Source: Lingula anatina
Lineage: Eukaryota; Animalia; Brachiopoda
Length of the DNA: 18,273 nucleotides
Assembly (NCBI GenBank): GCA_051362555.1
Contig: CM120647.1
Coordinates: forward strand, 10,497,878 to 10,516,150
Direction: 5' to 3'
Below, in pieces: positions 1 through 7,400 of this stretch; the stretch's first letter is position 1; every line of letters begins with the position of its first letter. The notes beneath the pieces were generated by a model that saw only the letters and a list, made by a program, of their open reading frames with translations, was not told the origin of the DNA and made no database searches. Made by a program: the position numbers and the translations under genes.

Positions 1-1428
1 AACGATAGGAGAAACTGTTTTGCTATGCTCTATAAAAAAACAATCAAAATCATTCAAGCCCTACAAGCCACAAATTTTTTTTAACAATTTTTTTGCAACC
101 AACATTTATATAGTCAAAATGAATAAACTTGAATAATTAACTCTAAATAGTCTTGTGAATCAGAGGTACAAAAAGTGGTGTTATTTAAACACTGTACATG
201 ACATTATTTCTTGTTTAAGTATACTGAGTGTTCTTGGGTGCGAAGAATGAACATTTCAACTTCACATATGACATATCTCCACTAGTGTCAATTAAATTAT
301 ATCATTCTTTGTTCTGTCTTCATACTATGAGTAAGAAGAGAAATCCTATCCCAGTCTTGTTTCCATAAACCTCATGGAAAGAAGTTTCAACTGAACATAA
401 ATATTCTCCAAGTAGGTGGTATTTTCCTTTCTGAAATAAAGAAATATATGTAACATGACATATGAATCACATGAAGATTTGTCATTGCTCAATTTGGTTA
501 GTTTTTTAATGTGTTTGGCACACCGAAACTGATTAGAAAGCAAAGCTGACAAATACACAGACACCATACAGGAAACAAGCCAGCAAAACTGAAAATGCTG
601 AATCTTGACAGCAAAAAGTGCACCAAATAATGTTAAGGTTTTCTTTGATGTTTTGCTATTAAAGACATTTAACATTAAAGTAGCAAGTGATCCAGTTTTA
701 CAGGATATATAAGCCACTGAATATGTCCATGGGTGAAAGAAAATGATAAAAAAATAATAACTACTGTAAATGTCAACTGATCATGCTGATTTTAGAAAAC
801 CAAAAAAAATCTACTCATTAAATTGGTAGTGAAACAAGAATATGGTTTGAACTGCTTTAGTCATTTATGTAAAATATGAGATATAAACATATATTTAACA
901 ATATAATGTGTATAATTTTAGAAAAGTAAAGAAGAGCACAATAATATGTGAAAATGTATGACCAATTGTGTAACTTAGAATTGAAATAAATAAAATAATT
1001 CAGTTAACAAATATTATTTGTCAATTTATAGTATTATGAAGTTGAAGAAATGTGGAATTAAGAGTTTCACATGCTAATTTGATGATAGTGCTCATTACTA
1101 TTTTGTGTAAAAAGTAAATAAGTATAACTTGATAAAGGAAATGTGGACGCATTTGGTCCGGTATAATCTGTTGCTTGTTGATGTGTCATATTAACTGATT
1201 TTGAAATGTATTGAGGGACATGTTGTATCGGATTTTGACTCTTCAAAACTAAAATGAGTGTGACATTATTTTTCCACATGTATAGGTAGAAGTAAATAAA
1301 CTTTTTCTTTTTTTTTTGAAGTATCATTCTATAAAACTTCTGCACGTGTTTAGCTGTATATGTGGTTGGAAGTACATAAGGTTAAATGAAATTTGGGAGT
1401 AATTTGTCTTATAATCTGTAATAAAAAT

Positions 1429-4400
1429 TTAAAGACAATCTTTAGGAAAAGACAAACAGACTGGAAAGTGATCACCAAAATAAGTGGGCAAAACTATAAT
1501 TTTAAGATCTGCATGATCAAAGTTTGTGAAGACGAGATCTAAGGCCGAGTCATAAATGGTAGTTGGAGTTGTGACATGTTGTCTAAACATAAGGTCTTGG
1601 CACATCATTTTTCTGAGAGCATTTGCGTTGTTTTCATGGAGCCAGTTGACATTAAAGTCACCTAAAATAACACATTTGTCTGTCTTATCAATAGTGTCAA
1701 GAATATTTCTCAAAGCCTCAAGAAGAACCTGCATTTTACCATGAGGAGGTCGGTAAATTGTGACAAGAACAAAGTCAGGAAACTGATCTAATCGTGTGAC
1801 AGTAATCTCAATTCCAGAAAAGTTGTAATTTTTTGGAAAATTCTCTGCATACCTATGGTGACTGTAGATAGCAGTACCATGCTGTCTATGACGAGAACTA
1901 TCATTTCTGTGAAGATATTTATCTTTTAACTGGTATTTTGTATTTAGGTCTTTAATTGCAAATCTGGTTTCTGTGAAAGCACATACATCTGCTTTCGCTA
2001 CATCAAAATTCTTTCTGATGTCATCAATGTATTTGTGAAGAGAACAGCAATTCCAATGGATTATTTTGAAGTGGTCATCTGGTTGTTCATATAGAAATGA
2101 TATTGATTTTACAAGTTGTGCTTCTAGCCGTAAACGTTTCATTTCTTGTTTAACTTTGTCAGATATGCATATTTTACTGGCATTTAATTCTAAAATATGC
2201 AATCCTTCTAATTTTTCTACACGACTAAGTGCAACATAATGCATGTGCTCATTTTTTCTGCCACTGAGATCTACAACTAATTCTTTCAATGTGTCCCCTT
2301 GGCATCTGTGTATAGTTTTTGCAGCAGACAACTGCAGTGGGAATTGTTTTCTTACGACTTGATACTGTCCTGTTTTTCCCAGGTGAAATTGTCTTTTAAC
2401 AGGAAAGATAGGTGTCCATGTTTTTGAAATGTTACTATTATATAATGGTTTGTTCATTCTTCTGGCATTTTTGCCAATGTCCTCTGCATCAAATTGTACC
2501 CAAATTAATTGTCTGTCTAAATCTACCAGTTTCACAACATTTGGTGCACCATTAGTAATGCCATCTTCTGTGTCAACATTTAGGACAACTTCAGTTCTTT
2601 CCCCAACTGCAATATGCAGAATCCTTCGTAAATTCATGGTTTTTTTATGATCCAATGGAATTTGCTTTCTGATGTTGTTTTCTAAATGTTTTGGTACAGG
2701 CCCAGTGATGGTATCAGTGGCTGCAATTTGAAATTTTTCTCCTTTCGCATTTTGAAAACTAGCATGATTGAAATTTTCTACCAGTGCATTTGTTTGGAAA
2801 ACATGTAGTAATGGTTGTTGGCTAGTTTTTGATTCATCAAGTTGACGTTCACTGAGAACTTTTATGTCTTTGTCTGTGTGATGTCCTTCTCTAAGCCTAT
2901 TTAAAATTTCTGCAAACTCTTTACTGTCTTTTTGACGCATGATTTGGGTCAGTTCATACATGTGAAAATGTTTCTGCCACAAATTAGTAGCTAATGGATA
3001 ATAGTCATTGTTTGGATTTTCAAATATCCAGTTATCAAACACAGGCTTCAGTTGAAATAGGTCACCTATAGCCACAATGCTAACACCTCCAAATAATCTG
3101 TCATTGTTTTTTAGTTCTTTTAACCGTTCATTGATGAAACTTAACATTTTACTCCCAACCATTGAAACTTCATCAATAAAGAGAACTTTAAGTGATCCAA
3201 GTTTGTATCTGAAACTGTTTAACACATCAGCACTGAGTCTTTTATATTTGAGACTTTGATTTGCAGGAATTTTCAGTAAACTGTGAATTGTGTGGCCACC
3301 AATATTATAAGCAGCTTTTCCTGTAGGAGCAACCAAAGCAACTCTTATTGTCCGGAAGTCTTCACCAGGTAAACCTGACAAGTACTTCAAAATACCCTGA
3401 TACAGAGCACGAGTGACAAATGATTTCCCCACACCAGCACCTCCAGACAGGAATATGTGAAACGGATCAGAATTGGACTTGATTAAATGTAAAACATGAT
3501 GGAAAAACTCTAACTGTTGTCTGTTCATATTCCTAATCATTTTATAGAAACTGATATCAGGTATTTCTTTATTAACAATTTCTTCTTCAGTGCAACTTTT
3601 GGCAGATACATGTATACCCAAATCTTCTGCTAAATCATAGGACAGACCAACAGAAGATTGTACCACATCACTAGGTTCACACTGATCAACTTCATTTTGA
3701 CATTCAGTATTTGGTGCAACAGTGGCCCACGTATCTTCATCCTCACTATCCATGTTATTTAGATCTTCCATTGCTCTGTGCAATTCATCTTTAGCTGGAG
3801 AATACAGTCTCTGTTGTTCCAAAATTTCATTTTGTAAATGTTGACATCTTTGTTCATAACTTTCAAAATTTTGCAAAATGTCAGATTCTTCATTTCTCCA
3901 TGGAATATACAACATCAATAGCTCACGGTAATGCTTTTCAGGATATAAACTCTCACTGAACCAAACACTGCGAATAATTTTTGCTTTTTTTCGTTTAATA
4001 ATGTCTGTTTCACATGGAATATCATGAATATCATCCTCAAAATTTTCAAGGTCATGCTTTTCCAATGGCATACCATCTGTATCTAATATTCTAGAAGATC
4101 TTTTTTTGCCTCCGCCAATAATATTCAAATTGTTGTCATAATATGCAGCAAAATCTGCAAGGGAAACTTTGTCCAAGGAAGGTAGGCGCCTGCTATAACG
4201 TTTCAAAAGATTGCTGGACTCAATATTGTCAGATTCATCTTCTAATTCTTTTATTTCTTCCAGTGGCTTAAGTAATCGTACTCTGTCTTCAGGGGGTGTA
4301 GTGTTAATGAATACAAATGATCGAGATGCTCTTCTCATGGGTAACTGCAAAGTGATGTAGGAAGCTTCTTGAGCAGAAATTTCAACATTATTAAGAAATT

Positions 4401-7400
4401 TGTTTCCAATGTGACGAACTTGCTGTTTTATGTCACTGTTACCTTCTCTAGCTTCTTTGCAAGCTTGATAAAGTAAATCTGACATGCCTCTTTGTCCTTT
4501 AGAAATGTAATTTACAATATATGTTGCACAAGCATATATGTCTAAAACAAACTGAATATCCATATTTGCTCTCCATGCTTGTAAACATGACCTAGAATAA
4601 TTGTTTATCCAAATTTCACAGGGAAGTCTTTTTAAGAACAAAGTATCAGTTTTGATTGTAGATCTCACTGCCAAAATGTAATCTTCTTCTGAGACTTGTA
4701 CTTTATTTAAAAATTCTTTAAATGTTAGACTGACACCTGTGAAATCTTTGTCATTTATAATATTATAAATCTGTGTCCAAACTTTTGCATATTCTTTCTT
4801 CTGTGAAGTGTCTTCAAGGGGTTTCAGAATTATACTTTTTTTCATAGGAGGCTGAGGGAAATGGAATCTGCAAGATTTTTTCAAATTCTTTATGCATGTC
4901 CTTGTATGTTTGTGTGTCTGATAAGATACAAGTTCTTTCATTGGATCATCTTCATTTGGTTTGCTACAGCAAATTGTACTATCAACAAATTGTATGATAT
5001 CTTCATTAGAACTGACACCATAAATAGGTGCATTTTCTATCCAAAGCAGCATGTGAATATGTGGACTACCTCTGTGTTGAAATTCTACACGGTAAAAAAA
5101 ATCTTGTATTTTACCTAATGGTGCTACTTTGTGGCACAAAAAGTGATGTATCAAACACTGGACTTGATAATCAAAATGCCGTGCACAAGTAATGGGATCA
5201 CTCTGAATCAAGCGACATTTTTCATCCCAGCTTAGTTGTTCTAGCTCTGATTCTGAGTAATGTTTATTATCTACTAATTGACCAAGAGTCCTGAGTAAAT
5301 GATTCCATTTTGTTTCAGCAGATGAAAAACTGCAGAAAAAAGTTGCTGCTCCTAGCTGACGTATCATTGCAAATAAATCTTTTTTTGCTTTCTCAAAATA
5401 TGGGGGAGAACCACGTACTCCTTTTAAGAATGTATAACCTTCATCAAAATGTAAAAGTTTCTCAATTGCTCCAGACTGTTTCAAATCTCCTGCAGTGAGT
5501 TTTTTTCCACTTGTTTTATGTTTTCTTACAGCAAGAGAAGCTGACCCAATCAATCTTTTCATCTGCAGTTTTTTTGCTTTAAAAAATATGTTGTCAACAC
5601 ACATTGATGCTCTCCTGTCAATGCGTCTTAATTCCGACTTGCAAATGTCACTGTAGTGTACAGGGACAAGTCTGTTTTTATTTGCAGGCCGCGCATTGCC
5701 AAGAAATATTTCAGGAAAAGCCAGTTCCTCACAGTGTTCATCTCTAAATATGCTAAGTGGATGACCTTCTTGACCAGGTGCAAAAGAGTAAATTTTCTCT
5801 CTCTCTGTGTCTTCTAAGAAGTCTCTACCTGTTAACATTGTATCTCTTATACCCGGTTTCATTTCTTCCTCATCAATTTCGTCCCAATCTGTAATATCAT
5901 TTGCCTGTAAGTGTTTACTTATATCTGATTTAGCTTGTGTTACCTGCTTTGTTTGCAGCAAGTTCTTGTTTATGCTATCAGCAGACAATGATGAGTCGCA
6001 TACACTCTGCACGATATCATAGTGATCAGAGTTTGTATTTTGTAGGTAAATGGCTGTGTTATGTGAATGATTGTTCTGGTCAAGAAAGTCAGCTGAATAC
6101 TTTAACCATTTCCAAGAGTTACCAGGCTTGCTGTAGACATAGATGTCCGTTTGTAGTAGATGTGCTGCAGCAAGTATTTCTGTTTCAGTACCCCAAACAT
6201 TTTCAATATCCATGCCTGTTCGTCTTATATAATTTGCTGAGGTACTGTCATTATCACCTAACATACTACTTGCAAAAGCATACTCAAGCTGCTTCATATG
6301 ACTGACAATGTTGTTTCTAAGTATAATGTGATCATTATCATACAACGTGTCAGAACCAGTGATGGCAAAAGACAAACTTCGAAAAAAACAATTTCCATCT
6401 CCAATAACTTTCTTCAACTGCCTAGGATTTGTCAAGAGAATATTATTACCAGTTTCAGGCCAATTGTGTAGACGCTTTAATGATAAGTTTAGTTTCTCGG
6501 TTATTTTCTCTTGCCAGAAGGCGTCAACAGGCATGAAATGAAATGAAGTATTGTCAGTTCGTAGGTGTTGTACCTCATTTTCAGATTCACAATATGTAGG
6601 TAATATATGTCTTTGCTGTAAGTATGATAACTCCTTTTGCAAGTGTAAAACATTTCTTACTCTGTGTCGAATTTTCTTTACAGTTCTGAAGTATCTTGAG
6701 TACCATGTTCTTCCTTGTTTTTTTCTTTTGAACAAGCCATAATAACTCAGTTTCAAATGCTTATATTTTCTTAGAATATGGTGGCGCTTGTAAGCAATGA
6801 CTTTTTCAATTCGTGCTCTACTAGAAGATCTGATTGTATTTATCTTCTTGCGATATCTTGATCTGCCTCTCCCTTCTGATTTGAATGCAGGTACTCCTGA
6901 AGTGTGTGGGTGTTCTGAAGAACCAGTACTTTTTCTTTCATTTTGAATAGAAGCCACAAATTTGTCAACATCAACAGATGGATCATATTTATAAGGCTTG
7001 TCTAAAATGACATAGAATTCATCTGCAAAGTCACCATCCTGATCCATAAGGTGCCCTTCTTCAGAAAATTGAATGTTTTCACAATTAGCAGGGCATTCAA
7101 CACAAACAAATTCTTTCAGTAAGTTTTGTATTTGTTCCTCACTCAAGTTATTAATAGTTGTATGCTCTTTTTTTGTTTGTTCAAATGTGTCAGAGCTGCA
7201 GGGATTTTCTTCTAATTTCCATGTTGTGTCTACAGTTATTCCCTTTTCTTGATATAATTTTCCATTTGCAGTTAACCAAGCTGCAGCTTCAAGTACTTTG
7301 TTAGGTCTTACATTCTGAGCATATGCATAATTTTTAAATTTCACATTTCTTTTGAGCTGAACTTTAATTGTAGAGCTATCTGCCTCAGTTCTTGGTAACT

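Noticed and set aside
346-1345. ORFs 346..717 and 1067..1345 on the minus strand
   Set aside because: Short, AT-rich, no recognisable motifs; consistent with chance ORFs in 3' UTR or flank.
1-1428. 3' terminus of the autonomous Helentron (looked for CTAG/CTTG plus hairpin plus subTIR, e.g. near 281, 572, 831)
   Set aside because: No convincing GC-rich hairpin or subTIR partner was found; the terminus is probably outside the window.
1445-2075. Non-LTR retrotransposon (LINE) suggested by the AP endonuclease
   Set aside because: No reverse transcriptase; the EN is fused C-terminally to the helicase, as in Helentrons.
2130-3530. Host PIF1 gene or viral helicase gene
   Set aside because: The helicase is fused in frame with HUH Rep and EN in an intronless ORF, and no viral structural genes are seen.
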